A DNA stretch of 64,000 nt, from the NCBI GenBank assembly GCA_038496445.1, contig JALMLS010000322.1, positions 434,001-498,000 of the forward strand, read 5' to 3'. Positions 1-14,250 of this stretch are shown here, in pieces. Under the pieces are notes generated by a model that was given only the letters and a program-made list of their open reading frames with translations, ran no database searches and was not told the origin of the DNA. Position numbers and translations under genes: made by a program. Every line of letters starts with the position of its first letter. Position 1 is the stretch's first letter. Source of the stretch: Trichosphaerium sp. ATCC 40318. Lineage: Eukaryota > Protista > Tubulinea.

Positions 1-36
1 AGCGTTATAGCACAATTTTAGTACTAATCGATTTAG

Positions 37-2633
37 CCCTCAATACATTGAAGAAGGCATCAGAACTACGCCTATTTCAGTATACGTGCGTATAATCAAC
101 TACAGTAAAGTTGTTTGCAAATTAACTTCAAATAAGATAAACGGGTTCTTCATTGTTATTGCAAGCGTCCTGGGGACAGGAATTTTAGGTCTACCAGTCA
201 AACTAGCAAAGTCAGGTGAAAACGATCACTATGCAATCTCGTAGCGCCTCTTACTTAATATAGGGTTCTGGCCATTCTTGCTGACGTATACAGTGTGTTT
301 TATCATGCAGGTTAACGGTTTTGTCCCTATACAAGCCACCAATCGCTAAATCGATCGTAGACGCTCCTACTGTTCTTTATATCTGAAGTGCTACAAAAAG
401 GAGCTCGTGTTTTGGAAATGGAGTCTCTAGGCATTACAGATACATCAGCTACAGCACATATTCAACTAGACGTATTAAGTAAACAAAATCACCTATGGGT
501 AAGCCTAAAACACAAGTTTAAAACGTTTTATCTTGGAAAGTCATGATCCTGGCTGTTCATTCTTTGAATCTCTTGAAGCTGCTTTTAAACCGTTATTTAG
601 TCTTCCGAGGGAGATTTAAATATTGACGGTGATCGTGATGATGAAGATGTGGAAGGAACTGTTGGAATGGTTCAACATGATATTAAACCAGAAGTAACTG
701 GTTGTATGCCACGCCTTCGAGAGTTTTTAAAAGAAAAGAATCTTTATCAATCTGTTGACTTGCACTCCCTTGGCACGATATTCTTGAAATACGGTGCTGT
801 AAGTGACGCTTATAATAACTCCTTGAGGTTGTGGATAGTTCTACCAGAATCACACCAACTTTTAAAGAAAAGACTGTCAAGTCAACATTTTCTTAATTTT
901 ATTAAATCTGCTACTTACTGTTTCTTTATAGAATTACATATTTGACTTTGTAGTCATACTTCATTTTGTTTCAATATTGATAAGCTATGCTCTTGCTGGA
1001 TCTCAAGCTTATGTAGTGCTTTACAAAGGTACAAACAACACTGAAATATTTATACAACAGCGATTGTAATCTAGTTAACTCGTGTTAGATATTGCATCAT
1101 TTTCTGATCATGTAGTCCAAAACAGTACCTCTATAGCTCCTACAGTATTATCAAATATCACAGCAGTTCCCACAGGTAAGCCGAAAGTCTTTTTAAACAC
1201 AAGAAGCTAAAGTATCCTTTTTTTTTTTAGTTGCTGCTGAGGGTACTTCAGAGTACTATATCATCATCCCTATATTTGTATGTGTTCTTACTAGCATGGT
1301 AATATTTTTTGCTCGCTTTGTAAGGCCCATAATTACCGCTATGACTTTATCTAAAGGTGCAATGCTTGTGCTATTAGTAGGGTATGTAACCGATAATTTT
1401 GTTAACAGATAGCGAACGATCCATTTTTACTCATTCTTACTCAGTGTTACTGCATTTTTGGGTTCCAAAATAAATTTGACCATATCGGATGATTGGAGGT
1501 ATATTGGAAAAACCATATTAATGGGGACAGTTGCACTAGGCAAGTTTTTGTTTAACTTTCGAAATTGAGTGATTAAACACGTGTTTATTTTTTTTCCTTT
1601 TGTCTTTGCTGAGGCTTATTCACTTTTGTTGTTTATTTATACTTATTTTATTATTTATAGGAGGTGCTGTTAATGTAATACCAGTTACTTTCTCAAAAGT
1701 ATCAATGCGTAAAGCTGATATACGCAAATTTATTGCATCAATAGTAACTGGTTTATTTTTTGTTTATATCCTTAATGTCATTTGGTGCTATTATATTTTA
1801 CGTATTGTACCACAAGAAGGCGCAGGATTTTCTCTAGAACAGTACGTATACATAGCCACTTCGATATACCATTTTAGAAAACCGCTATGGATTCACAAGA
1901 CCTAATCTTGGTTTTTTGTATAGGGCTGAAGCTGACGGACAAATTTCGATTACACCTCTTGAAGGTATTATTCTACGTGATTATGATGATTACAAGTGGA
2001 TAGCTATAGTTATTTCTCTTTTCACAGTTGTACGTTATAGTTACTAATGGTGTTCTTATGAGAACCGTGTTTCTACCGTTGTTTTCTTACTTTTTTCTTT
2101 CGTAGGTCAGCATCACTGTGAGTTTCCTCACAATGGGATTTGGATTTAAACATGTCCTTGATGGTTATATTAGTCAATGGAGGCCAAGACCTACTGCTAA
2201 TTGGAGAATTACACGTTTTGTATGCGGTATACCAAAATACATTAAACAAGTACGTTTCAAGTTTTGTTTGTCATCGTTTTTTGATTGCTCCAAGGCTCTA
2301 TTGTATGGTGGCGCTTTCTCATTGATATTGGCAATCGCCATGTCAAATCCAAAATCATTTGTAACGATGCTTGACCGTGTTGCAAGCCTTGCAATAAATC
2401 TAGAAGCAGGTACTTACTTTCTACAATTTATTGTTCTTGTTTTAAGCTTATTTTTAGGTGCATTCATATGCCTGATGTTGTCGTATAGTAGATCATTTAA
2501 CGTTGAGATTCCTCTTCGTTTGCCTTCTTATATTTTTAATACAAGATGGGTTGTTTTCAGCTATTTTATGTTTGCTGTTTTATATGATATTGTAAGCATT
2601 ATCACAAACAAATTACATTACAAGTACTTGTAA
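37..2633 (+). CDS. Amino-acid/aromatic amino-acid permease-like multi-pass transporter, multi-exon, 5' end probably upstream of the window
   Basis: Spliced reading gives INGFFIVIASVLGTGILGLPVKLAKSGFWPFLL (the GxGILxLP TM1 motif of amino-acid permeases), then many hydrophobic exons (GTVALGGAVNVIPV..., VSFLTMGFGFKHVLDG...) ending at TAA 2631-2633. Introns are GT-AG plus one GC-AG. Confidence 0.8.
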
Positions 2634-2739
2634 ATAAAATAAAATAATTTCGATTGGATTGTATGCTGCTTACCCGAAAAGTTTTGGTGCCTTAGCACAT
2701 TTGCCTTAACATTGCGCGTGTCATTTACCCAAATAAACA

Positions 2740-3401
2740 ATGGAACAAGCAGCAACACCTTATGAGAACACAGAAGAACCAATAACGCAAAGAGCAGTAG
2801 TTATACGACTGTATTTTAGTACGTCTTTTGCTGCAAAAACGTATTCACGTGTATTTATAAACGAAACGTTTTCACAACAAAATCACCTTGTAATTTCTTT
2901 TGAGATGTCTGGCGCATACTTTTCACGAAATTGATAAGCACGAATGACTAAAACATGAGCTGCAAAAATATTGTAGAAAAGGGATATCAAAAACGCTTAA
3001 GTCCCTCATAGACATCGAAACTTATATTTTTAGTCAACTTACTTTTTACCTTAGTCTATACTAAACGTAAAAATACAAGGACAAACTTATTCCTACGTGC
3101 ATCTTCTTCTACAAAACCATACCTCACAGGACTACAAGAACTTTTCTATACAGCTGCAACAACGTATGACGATATCTTGCCTCTTGAAACATTCAAATGG
3201 AGATACAACAAAAAAGCTGGTCATTATCGTTTCAAAGGTCTTTCTGTTAAGGAGACTCATTATGTTACACTGCCAACTCTGACAATGGAATTTTTCTTAA
3301 ATGAAGGATTTGATATTGTTGGATGTTCTGATGATAGAGGCGTTGTAGATTACCCAAATGAAATAACATTCCGAAGTGTAATAACATTTGTTAAAAAGTA
3401 A
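2740..3401 (+). CDS. Hypothetical protein (spliced, unknown function)
   Basis: ATG in aaacaATGg context. A long open last exon (...LQELFYTAATTYDDILPLETFKWRYNKKAGHY...FVKK*) follows a ccttag acceptor. Internal exons are uncertain. Confidence 0.45.
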
Positions 3402-4743
3402 AAAAATCACGTTAAACAAATGAACATAGAAGTAGAACTTGCGCTGACTGTCTCGCAGAAACATTTTGTAAGTCTAAGTTGGCCTATCAAGCTATATATT
3501 AATCCTTTGTATCGAATCATCCAAGTACTCAACATCTGGGGATTCTTGAGCCTTGATAAAACAAATACTAAACCGACAAAGGTTAAAGCGTTAAGTGAAT
3601 GCAAGATTTCACACCAGCAGCAGAAGATGCCAGTATCAAACAAAAAGACTGTATCCAAGTTTCTTGACCGATTGTTGGAATTTGCAACAATATTAGAGCG
3701 TACTTTTGACAATGACACTGCCTCAGTACTCAGTATAAAATAATACAAACAATAACTCGACTGATTGATTTAAACTAAAAAGGTATTCCTTATGCGTTTA
3801 AGTCATATTTGAACCATAATTTTACAGCACTTTCAGGACAACCACATCTCTTCTTCTAATTCTCAAAAAAGATGGCACTACAGGTTCAATCACTCCAACG
3901 AAGTATCAACATTACGCAAACAACCGTACGACACTGAGAGCGAACCAGTTTTTTAACAAAATTCTTTCAAAAAATCTATCAAAAAAATCAATCTTATTTT
4001 TATTTTAAGGCTTCAGGAACTAGTTCAGTGTTGACAAGAAGCAAATAAATCGTCTTTGACAAAGAAAGCACATTATCAAAGTCAGTTGGCCGGTGGCAGT
4101 AGAGCAATCTTTTTCAAGGCACGTCACTCTGTTTCATTAATGAGGCTTCAAATTATATGTTTGAGCGGAACCATGTGCTCGTCATGACCTAAAATGGGAT
4201 CCCGTATATCACCATGCGAGACTAGGTAGTATAAAACGCCTGGGTTTTGGCCATTGCTTAAATCTACATAATCCTGACTTAACTTTGTCTTTTGAACGTT
4301 TTCTAAAACTTAGGATTACACCGTTATTATCATTAGTATCGGTCCAAAGTTTTGGGTTTTAAACGTTTAAAAGTCATTGTTAATGAAGCGATGGTTAATG
4401 TTGTGCTCTAGGAACCAACGTTCCGTATTTTCTTGTTTTTTGTTATTAGAGTAGATTTGGTCGAAAGACCCTATTATCGCACAATGTGTTATTTATTTAC
4501 CCCCTATCTAGGAGCTCCAATGCATACATATGGACTAATATAAACGTCAACTTTATGCTCGACTACCAGTTACTAAACAAGTGTAATGACAATGCATTGA
4601 CATTAAAAAAAAGTTCCATTCAAATTGTTTCATTATTGATAACTATAAAGCGATTCTGCAGTCTAGTTGATATCCATGCTATTTATTACTATTTGTCTCT
4701 ATACCTCATAGTTTTTGGGATAATCCATTGTCGTTTAAAGTTT

Positions 4744-6391
4744 TTACATGCCGTTCATTATAATTTTGCCGATATTTTTGTTTGCTTCCATAAAGTCATG
4801 TGCGTCCTTTGCTTTGTTCCAATCAAATACCTTTGAGATAATAGGTTTGATAAGACCTTTTTCAAATAGAGGTATCAAGTTGTTATTGATGTCCTGAGTA
4901 AGCCTCACTTTGTAGTCCAAAGACCTGCAAGTTTGGTTAAAAAAAACACAGAAAATGAACACAAACTTTTTATTGTTACCTTGCTCTTAGTGTGGTGCCC
5001 TTAATAGTAAGTCTACGGCGAAGAATATTACCCTGTATAGTTTTTGGTTAGTTTTTCAACGTTATAAAGGCGTTAGTACGCACGATACTGACATCTTTAA
5101 CTTGAAAACCGCTTAAAAATCCAAGCAAAATAACTCGTCCTATTTGAAAAACAAAACGTCAATATACGAAAGACTTTCAGGTAATCTCACCTTCTAATGC
5201 TGCAGTATTGATGTTCGATTGGAAGTAACTAAAGAAATTGTGTTAGTACGCAGCTAACATAACAGCGCTGTAAAACTGTTACTTGGCGCCAACGAAGTCC
5301 AAAGTTAAGTTGGATCCTTTCTTTTCAGTTGCTGCTAGTACATCTTCCTCCCATGGACCAGTCTTGTAATTGAAGCCCTTTGTAGCACCTAATATGATTA
5401 TCTCATTAGTGTGGTAGCATAATAGTGTGGCGTACCTAGGGAGCAACAAAAGTCAATTTTCTCTTGGCTTCCACAAGTTACAAAAACTTTGGCGTCTTTA
5501 ACTACATTCTTTACTATCTGGGTAGCAGCAGTACCAACACCGCTAGCACCAGCATGTATAAGAACATTTTCAGAATCTTTGAGTTCGCCCAGCCATACCC
5601 ATAGAAATCTAAGCAATAAATTCGACTACTACTAAACGTACCAACGCTATGAAAAAAACATTAGAAAAATCAACAAAATGAAAGGGTGAATCCGCTTGGA
5701 TTACCAATACCAACAAGAAGTTAAAAAAAAATGGTAATTGCCATGTATGAATACCTTGATATGCCGTCATGAAGACCTCAGGGATAGCTGCTGCTTGCTC
5801 CTAAAATCACATTAGAATACATTTCTTAGCGGATCCAAAATCATCATCTTACAAAAGAGAAGTTGTCAGGAATCTTAATCGCCATACCAGCAGGTATTAC
5901 GCAATCTAAAAGAAGTGTCAACAAACAAATGACAACAGTGATAAATTACAGTCTCGTAACTATACAAATACACGTACACTCAGCGTAACCGCCACCAGCA
6001 AGAAGAGCCATAACTCTGTCTCCTTTTTTCCAGCTTGTAACGTTTGGACATACCTCCTCAACAATACCAGCCCTAATATACAGGTTAGTAATCTATTTGG
6101 AGTATTATCAGTACATTTCAAGGCCTATGATTGGAGAAGCGCCAGCAGGAGGTGGATATTTTCCCTTTCGCTGTAATACATCGGCACTAAACGATCAGAA
6201 TTGTTTTAGGACGTTTTTGTACCGATTTATTGCTGTAGCCTTTATTTTAACCAATAAGCTGTTTTTTTCCAACTTAGGCTTCTCAGTGTCACCAACATAC
6301 CTACAAAATAGTATTAAAAGAAAAAGATCGAAAGTTTTTCAGCTTACAAGTTTTCGCTGCCACCAAACTCTTTTAGAAGAACAGCTTTCAT
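4744..6391 (-). CDS. NAD(P)H:quinone oxidoreductase, zeta-crystallin/PIG3 (TP53I3)-like MDR family
   Basis: Exons read MKAVLLKEFGG..., ...QRKGKYPPPAGASPIIGLE..., ALLAGGGYAE, AAAIPEVFMTAYQ, VLIHAGASGVGTAATQ (nucleotide-binding), AHDFMEANKNIGKII*. Confidence 0.92.
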
Positions 6392-7016
6392 TGTAATAGT
6401 TTTTGTAGCGTAATATAAAAGTTAAGTAGGCGTTTTCCGTTCACGAATTCGTCCGTCAACGGAAATTAGCTTTCAAACAAATTCTGTAGATACAGGGGTT
6501 TTGTTGGCGGGACTACGGCTAAACTAGGTTACAGACAATTACAACCTACAAACGAGACATCACGGCGATCCGACCCTTTGTATTTTTATAGTCCCGGATC
6601 CAAGATTGCCTATTGGAGAAATTGTGCTTCTTGTCGCACGTGGGTACCATACAGATCCTACTTCAGTAACCTAAACGGTTTGCTGGTAGGATAAATTTGT
6701 AATCTAGCTGACACAGAATTATTTATTTACATTTGGTACTGTACGAGAAAACAAACCCCTTGTGAATTCTGTGCTGTTTTTACAAAATTGTCTCAATGTT
6801 AATGTGCTACGTTACGGTTGTTGCGTAGGAAATGCTGGTAAATTAAGTACGTGCCGGTTTGCAACGTCAAGACTACGAACTAGAAAAAATACTTTCCCTA
6901 TTGCCGGAAGTGTAAAATAAACTTTCACTTGGTTTGTAACAACTCAAACATGCCTACACCCCCACCCTCTGTAACACTCTCGTTTTATTAGAATGTACGA
7001 ACAGACCATCTATTAA

Positions 7017-7843
7017 TTACGCAAGCCAGTCCACCTTTAGATGCGTAGCTGCCGAGCGCCTGCGCCTATCCTTGAGACCTTTTTTGCAGCTAGCAACTAT
7101 AAAAAAACCAAGGCACTTGTCTTCATCCCCCATCCCGAGAAAGTCGCTCATCTCTGCTGAGTCACGTGCTCCACTATGCCATGAGCTCCAGTAGCACGCA
7201 AGACCGTCATATGCAGTAGTTTGCAAATGCATATTTTGAACAGCACAAGCTGTGGCTGCAGCCTCTTCCCATTCTTTCATTCGCTTTGATCCGGCTTGGC
7301 GCTGCATTACTATCCCTACCATATACGAAACAGGACCCCAACGTCCATCTATCTCTTCCTCTGTCATTTGTCGCCATTTCTGATACTCAGTCTCCGATCC
7401 CCAACGTTCGTAATCACTCCAATGCTGGTCGTAGAAGGCGAGCGTCATCCGTTGCATTTTGACCATGGCTTTTCGACCCAGTACAACAAAGCGCCATGGT
7501 GGTACAGGTCCGTGGTATGGAGCCCATATTGCAGCTTCTAGAATGCTTTGTAATACCTCTCGAGCTACTGGTTTGCGCACATAGTCTTTTGGAAATACTG
7601 ATTGCCTGTTTCGAATACAATCTAACAGAGTGCTGTTTTCTTGCTTTCGGTGTGCTTTGGCTGAGCGTTTGTAGATTTTGGTGCTTCATCGTTCCAAAAA
7701 GCGATCGCTTGAGCGACACAGGCTATTATAACAGTTCCCAAGTACAAGCCAGATGTTACTTTTTCGTATTGCGTTACAATGGTGATGGTAACAACTGCTA
7801 AAGCAAGTAGCACGCAAAATGTTGCGATTCTTTTTACTTGCAT
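7017..7843 (-). CDS. Nitroreductase-family protein with N-terminal membrane anchor; intronless; apparent -1 frameshift near 7630-7690
   Basis: LLDCIRNRQSVFPKDY...ILEAAIWAPYHGPVPPWRFVV...AAATACAVQNMHL...GLACYWSS are nitroreductase motifs. The upstream hydrophobic ORF 7622-7843 overlaps in another frame. Confidence 0.8.
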
Positions 7844-8097
7844 TTATTCTCACTTGCAAGGTTAACTACTGTTGAGTTGTCGTGCTCGTGATAATTGTGA
7901 TCGATTGAAAATATGGGGAAATTCAGTTGAATTAACTTTAATTTTATAAAAGTTGCCAGGGTTATTCTGCCAGGGTATTATAACGTTGGAGAATACTTTG
8001 TAAATTAAGCATTTGGTCCAACGGTGAATAATGACGTAGCTGGCGTGTAGTGGTTTATTTAGTCTAAACACGCCGCACCCGGTGATTAAAAACATGC

Positions 8098-10875
8098 ATG
8101 GCTAAAACACTTGCCAGACATTCAAAATCGTTTGCGCCTACCGCCAGCGCACAGTCTAAAGAATCTGTAAGTGATTTCGCGTTTTTCGTTGCGTTTACAG
8201 TTACAAGGTCATTAAACCCCAACTTTGGCGCTCATTTGAGCGAACCAGGGACTTTATAAATAATGTACGCGTTTTTGACACCATATCGCTACGAATACCT
8301 AAATTTATGCTAACAGCGATACATACAGGCAGGTACAGAGTTTAAACTAAAAACACTTGATTGTTGGTACAATGTCAACCCCACATCACTACTACCGATT
8401 CGTGGCGGTCCCTTGTTACAGTACATCCATTTCAGTTTTTTGTTTTTGATTGCGTGCAGGCGATACGATTATTCTCTTTGCAAACTGTTATCATACGTGT
8501 ACCCACAACACAACTGGCGTGAAGCTTTGTTCAGTACGGTTAAAAGTACCTCTCCTCTAAGTAACCTACTATAGCAAAGTTTTACAGGCACAAAGTAAAT
8601 AGTATTAGTCCTTTGACAGCATTGGCTTTCCAAGTACGAACCATAAAAATGTGACGAATTGTAGTAAAACTGTTTGTTTCTGAACCCTCTTCTTGCGTAA
8701 CTTATTATTTGATAGGCTGAAGAGGCTCATAATATTGTTGAGACAACACAGTGGTTAGATTACACCATTAGAGACTTGTATAAGCTCGGTGGTAGACCAT
8801 TGCTAAAAGGTAAAAGAATAAAAAACTTGCAACAGTTTTTGGAACGTGTTTATCCTGAAGTATCTTGGCATCATTGGCAGTTTGGTACGTTATAAAAAGA
8901 TGTGTATATATTATACCTGTATTCACATATATAAATAGGAGTTGTTCCACAGCAATTTTGGCTGAAAAGACCTGCGCATCATGCTGTTTTTAAAGATGTA
9001 CGTCAAACCAAAATTTAGTTGTTTTTCACTAAACAAAGTCGTATGCTCTAGCTTGAAGACTACCTTGGTGTTATAAAATTACAAGATTGGTATGATGTTA
9101 CTTACGAAGATGTTAATAAATTTTCTACAAAGATACTTCAGTACGCAAGAGTAAAAAGAGACAAGTCTTAACGCATCAATAGCCGATTTCACAGATCTGT
9201 TCCAGAAATGGTACAATATTTCTACCCAGAATATAAATGGCAGCAATGGAAATTCTGTGAGTCGTTAAGTATACATGCACTTCATTCTAATTATAACTAC
9301 GAAAGCGAAGGTATCTAGAGCATTTTGGGCCAAGCGAAAAAATATAGAACGATTCATTATGGAGGTAACTTATATTTAATTTGGATTGAAGCTCATACAA
9401 CTACTGTAGATTGAAGAGCTTTACGACTTGATACATCTTGACGATTGGTACGAAGTTGCTACATCACAAATATATTCAAATGGTGGAGCATCACTCATGT
9501 CAATGTACGCTACTTTTTTACCTTTGTGATTATTCTACAAACACTTCTTCTTTTTTGCTTCTACGTGTCCATTCGTTTCTTTCAATGTGGTAGCGCCCCT
9601 GAAATAATCAATATTTTGGTTAATTTGGTTACAGCCAAAACGTACCAGTTGTCCTAATTCAGACAAATAAGAATATTTTAAGAATGTCATCATTTTGACA
9701 CATTGCATTTTAGGTATTTTGAAGGGTCGGTTGTTGCTCTGGTCAAGTTTGTATACCCTGACAAAAAATGGGACGAGTGGCGCTTTCGTATGTTACAACA
9801 AACATATTACCTTCACTCACAACTACTTATAGAAAAGTCGCCGCACAACACGTGGAAGAACTTGGATAATCAACGAGCATTTATGATCGAAGTAAGAATT
9901 TGTTTCTAAAAACCAGCCATTACTTAATACGTTATTTAAGGCAGGGAAAAAACTAATTGTAAAGCGGCCAGAAGACTGGTATAATATACAGTTGAAAGAT
10001 TTGATCGATATAGGTGGTGCTTCTGTGATTAGGTACGATATAACATTAATATTACGCTACTCAAAAAAAAACTAGGCAGTATGGGAACTCGTTGCAACAA
10101 ACTTTACGTTCTGTTTTTCCACAATATGTGTGGGAAGCATGGAAGTTTGGTATGTCATTTCCATTAATCAATAATAAAGCTTGCTTATTATAAACAGGTA
10201 AGATGCCTGCAGAAGAGTGGAACAATAATGATACTGTAGTAGAGTTTTTCAGAGGTGTACGTAAATCTTAAAGACGTTGTTCTAATATACATAGCTTGAA
10301 AATCATTATAATATACAGCACCGCGATGAATGGTATAAACGTACTCTAAGGGACATATCCTCTCAAGGTGGTAGTGGTCTCGTATACAAGTACATCTAAA
10401 AAATAATGTCATTTACTCATTCCTGTTTCAGGTTTCAGAACCAAGGAATTCATAAGTTACTTGCTCAAGTGTACCCAGACCACTCATGGAAACCTTGGCG
10501 CTTCTGTAAGACATAAATTCTTAGATAAGAGAACTGACATGACCTCTTTAGATAAAAGTTTTCACCCTGACGGCTGGAGAGATAGGGAACACGTTTCCTC
10601 GTTTATTCAAACAGCTGAATCAGCTTTACGCATAAACGCGCCAACTGACTGGCAGAGGATATCTGAGATTCAACTATTAGATGCAATTGATGCTAGAGGA
10701 TGGAGACCGTACCTACAATCTATGTTATCTTTGGTATATCCGGGTCTAAATAGGGTAACAAAGAAAAGTGGCGACAGAAGAGCATCTCAAAGGTTTGTAT
10801 TTTTTTTTGTTATTGGTTGGTTTATTTTTAATGCTTAGATCTCTCATAATATGCGCCAATGACTTATTCTTGTGA
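8098..10875 (+). CDS. W-rich ~70-aa repeat protein (about 7 repeats), no nuclease domain
   Basis: Spliced translation repeats the pattern PxxxW-(helix)-DWYxV-x-GGxxL-x-Y/F-x-S-x-V/FYP-x-W-x-WxF. It ends ...GDRRASQRSLIICANDLFL* at TGA 10873-10875. About 18 short introns. Confidence 0.75.
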
Positions 10876-11729
10876 TACAACGCTGCTACTACCCGTTTGT
10901 TAGGCAAATATCCATGTAAAGTATTGTAAATAACTAAAAAACAACATTTCCAAATAAAAGTTTGTAAATTGCGTATGCTTGACTGGTTGGGCGTTGTAGA
11001 AGCTGAATTCGCGTTCATAAAAAACAAACAAGTTCACTTCAAGCTAATATTTGTAAAGGTATTTACAACGCTTGCACCTCCGGTAAAGACACTTCTAAGA
11101 CAGCTTCCCTGGATTTCTAGCACAAAACCATAGTTCTAAAAATACCTCACTAAACACAAAAGCTGTTAAAACCTCATGGAGCACGCTGTGGTGGAATATT
11201 ACAGGTTCCACAATTTTTTCACAGCAGAAAGTTAAGGTTCAAAAGCACATAGATTTTCTCCATTAATGGTTGGTTCGAATTGTGTCTACGCTTGGGTTAC
11301 GGCTCTGTCCAGGCTGATACTCCTGTGTGCTACTATGGTGTATTTGTTCATGCTTTAACGGTAGGCAGCAATGCCTTCTGTTACGGGACTGCACTATGTT
11401 CACAGGTGCCTTTGCGGGCTAAGGTTTGAGATTACTGCGTATCGATACTGTTCTGGCTTGCCTTTTTTGTTTATTTTGCATGTAGGGCACGAATGATGTC
11501 ATTGTTATTATACCTGCTACTCAACTCCAAAAAACATACAACCCTCATTGCAAGTTAGATTGTTTTCAGCTTTTTTGCCTCTCGCTCACAACGCTCCTGA
11601 AAGGCGTACAAATAGTCGAACTTGGCTCTACTAAGCATGTAAAGCCCATACAGAAGGAAACGATTAAGTGGGAGTTGACTGTCAAATGTCCATCACATTC
11701 TGTTAATGTAACTAACCTGTTCAAAACCA

Positions 11730-13971
11730 TTGTTTGCCAAAATAAGGGGTGTAGCACGTACTGGGAGCGCCGTTGATTACAATAGTTCTTTAAATAGCCA
11801 ACGGCGCTCGTTTGAGGCTATTGCCGAAAAACTTCGAGTTCATGACGTTACTGGGCTATATAATGTGACAAGCGATGATATTAAGCACCATGGAGGCTAT
11901 AGTGTTATGTCATTGTATGTAACATAAACGAATCGCTCTAATTAGTACTAGACACGGTAATTCTATATCTAATTGCGTACAAGAGCTATATCCCAAGCAT
12001 AAATGGAATAGTTGGCAATTTATGTACGTAAACAACAACTGATGATTTCTTACTACCAATCAGTAAGACGCCCAAAGGGTTTAACGACACAATACAAAAC
12101 CAGCAGTACAAACTCAACTCAGTTTCCCAATCCATTGGTATAAAGACTCTATGCGAATGGTATGGCGTAACACAACACGTCTTGCAGCGTTATGATGGTG
12201 GCGGTATTTTATCACTCTACAACGGCTCCATTTCCAGTTGTATGGAATCAGTGTACCCACAATACGCGTGGGAGCTCCAAAAATTCAAGTACGTTAACAA
12301 CTCAGCTGCAAAATTTTGAAACGGCAGCCGTATCGCCTTTTCACATGCCCTATAAAAAGCCCTTTCCATTCTATATTTTGTCTCACAGGTTCATTGCGCA
12401 TTACAGGAACGTACCACAAGGGTATTGGAACGACAAGGAAAACCAAAAAAAGCTGTTTGATCAAATTGCACAAAATCTTGACATTAAAGACACAGAAGGG
12501 TGGTATAATACTTCTACTCACTGTGTAATATCTAAAGGAGGAGGTAGTGTATTAATACATCAGTACGTACAATCACGTGTTGTAGAAATACAATGAACAG
12601 TCAAGTTTTTTTTTTACAGTATACGAACAGTCAAAAGAAAACTAATTGAAAAAAAAGGTACAATGCGTCATTGTCAAGTTGTTTGCAATCAGTGTTTCCT
12701 GATAGAGCATGGAAATATTGGAAATTCAAGTATGGTTGTTTTAAACTATGCCTCTTATTTATTTGTGATACTCTTTAGGGGCTATCCTAGTACAAACATC
12801 TATGATGATAAAAAAATCCATAAAGATATTTTTGAGGAGTTGGCTAAAGAGCACAGAATTCTTCAATTAAATGGCTGGTATGATGTCGAAAAATTAACCT
12901 CTGATCCACATGTTACAATAGTAATCTCAAGGTACACACCAAAAATATATACGAACTCCACATTAACATGTACACATCATAGATACGGGTCGTTGGTTAA
13001 CACGTTAAAATTTTTATACGCAAAACACGAATGGGATATCACTAAGTTTGGATGGAAACACGAATTTTGGCGTCATGAAGAATACCGGTATAAGTTCTTA
13101 AGTAAAATAAAAAGCATATTGGCATTGATACACCGGACAAGTGGTACGATAGAGCGAGAAAAATTAACAAACAATTCTGTTAAAAATAACTTATGGAAAT
13201 TTTAAGGTACCAAGTTTGCTATAGAACACTTGGTTCTATGGGTGCTAATCACTTGATAAAGTATTGGCCAAGGGTACTAGAAAATATAGAACCGGATTAT
13301 GCGTGGGTTTGGGATAGATTTAAAGTAGGTTTTGGACGTAGAACAAAACAGCAGTATGGCTTGTTTATTTGCAATGTTCTTTTTTTTAACAAGTTTTACT
13401 AGACTTCTCGAAAGAGTACTTAGATCTATCTTCAAAGGCGCTACAATTGTAACAGAAGCACAAATAGACTTAAATACAAGTAACCAAGAAGGTATAACCG
13501 TTGATATTTTGCTACCAGAGTACAACTTGGCGGTTGAATACCAAGGTGCGTACACATTTTAACATTAAAAAACCAATTGCATCTGGATAGTACTCGTTTT
13601 AAAAGGACTTTAGGAGAACAACACTATGATGATGTGTTTAAATGGAGTCAATCTTCATCTACACAGCAAATACGGGATGCCGAAAAAATGCAACACTGCA
13701 GAGATTCAGGTTGGCTTAACGTTTGCTTACCAATTACAAACTTTGTTCAGGTATTTGTTTGGTACCAATCCCTTACTGGTGGGAAGGCGATATAGAATCA
13801 ATAGTAGCCACAATAAAGCACTACAAGCCATCTCTTCAAGTTTCAACGCTAATAAGAGCGAAACCCTTGATAACATTAAAAAATTCGTCCGAAAGTACGT
13901 TTTTTCGTAAACTCGTATCATTGTTAATAGAGTTAGGTTTGCTAATGGCGCCTAAACAAATGGTTGTATAG
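11730..13971 (+). CDS. W-rich repeat protein with C-terminal PD-(D/E)xK (DUF559/Vsr/RAP-like) nuclease-fold domain; start uncertain
   Basis: Repeats such as NVPQGYWNDKENQKKLFDQIAQNLDIKDTEGWYNTS...GGGSVL. C-terminus ITVDILLPEYNLAVEYQGEQHYDD...QIRDAEKMQHCRDSGICLVPIPYWW. Confidence 0.75.
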
Positions 13972-14022
13972 TTGCACGCTGGCGTTGCGGAACACTAAAA
14001 TTTTCCCTGCAATTAACGCGTT

Positions 14023-14094
14023 ATCCGCGTAGCTCAATGGTAGAGCGCTAGACTTCTAATCTAGAGGTTGTGGGTTCGATACCCATCGCGGATG
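14023..14094 (+). tRNA. tRNA-Arg(UCU), intronless
   Basis: ATCCGCG/CGCGGAT acceptor stem, GCTC/GAGC D-stem, CTAGA-CTTCTAA-TCTAG anticodon arm, GTGGG-TTCGATA-CCCAT T-arm. Confidence 0.95.
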
Positions 14095-14101
14095 AATGAT
14101 A

Positions 14102-14107
14102 TTTTTT
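14102..14107 (+). terminator. Pol III oligo-T terminator of tRNA-Arg
   Basis: T6 run 7 nt after the discriminator base. Confidence 0.7.
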
Positions 14108-14250
14108 GAAAGTCTCGGAATGCATGAAACACGAGAAAACGGCCGTTTCGTCGACCTCAACCTACTAGATGCTACTTTTTTGCATAGCAAACGTTTGTAA
14201 ATAAAAATTGACGCCAGTTTTATACAATAAGTTTATTTACAAGTTTTTGT

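Noticed and set aside
3407-4450. Possible gene(s) between the hypothetical protein and the quinone oxidoreductase
   Set aside because: I could not build a consistent spliced frame or recognise a motif on either strand.
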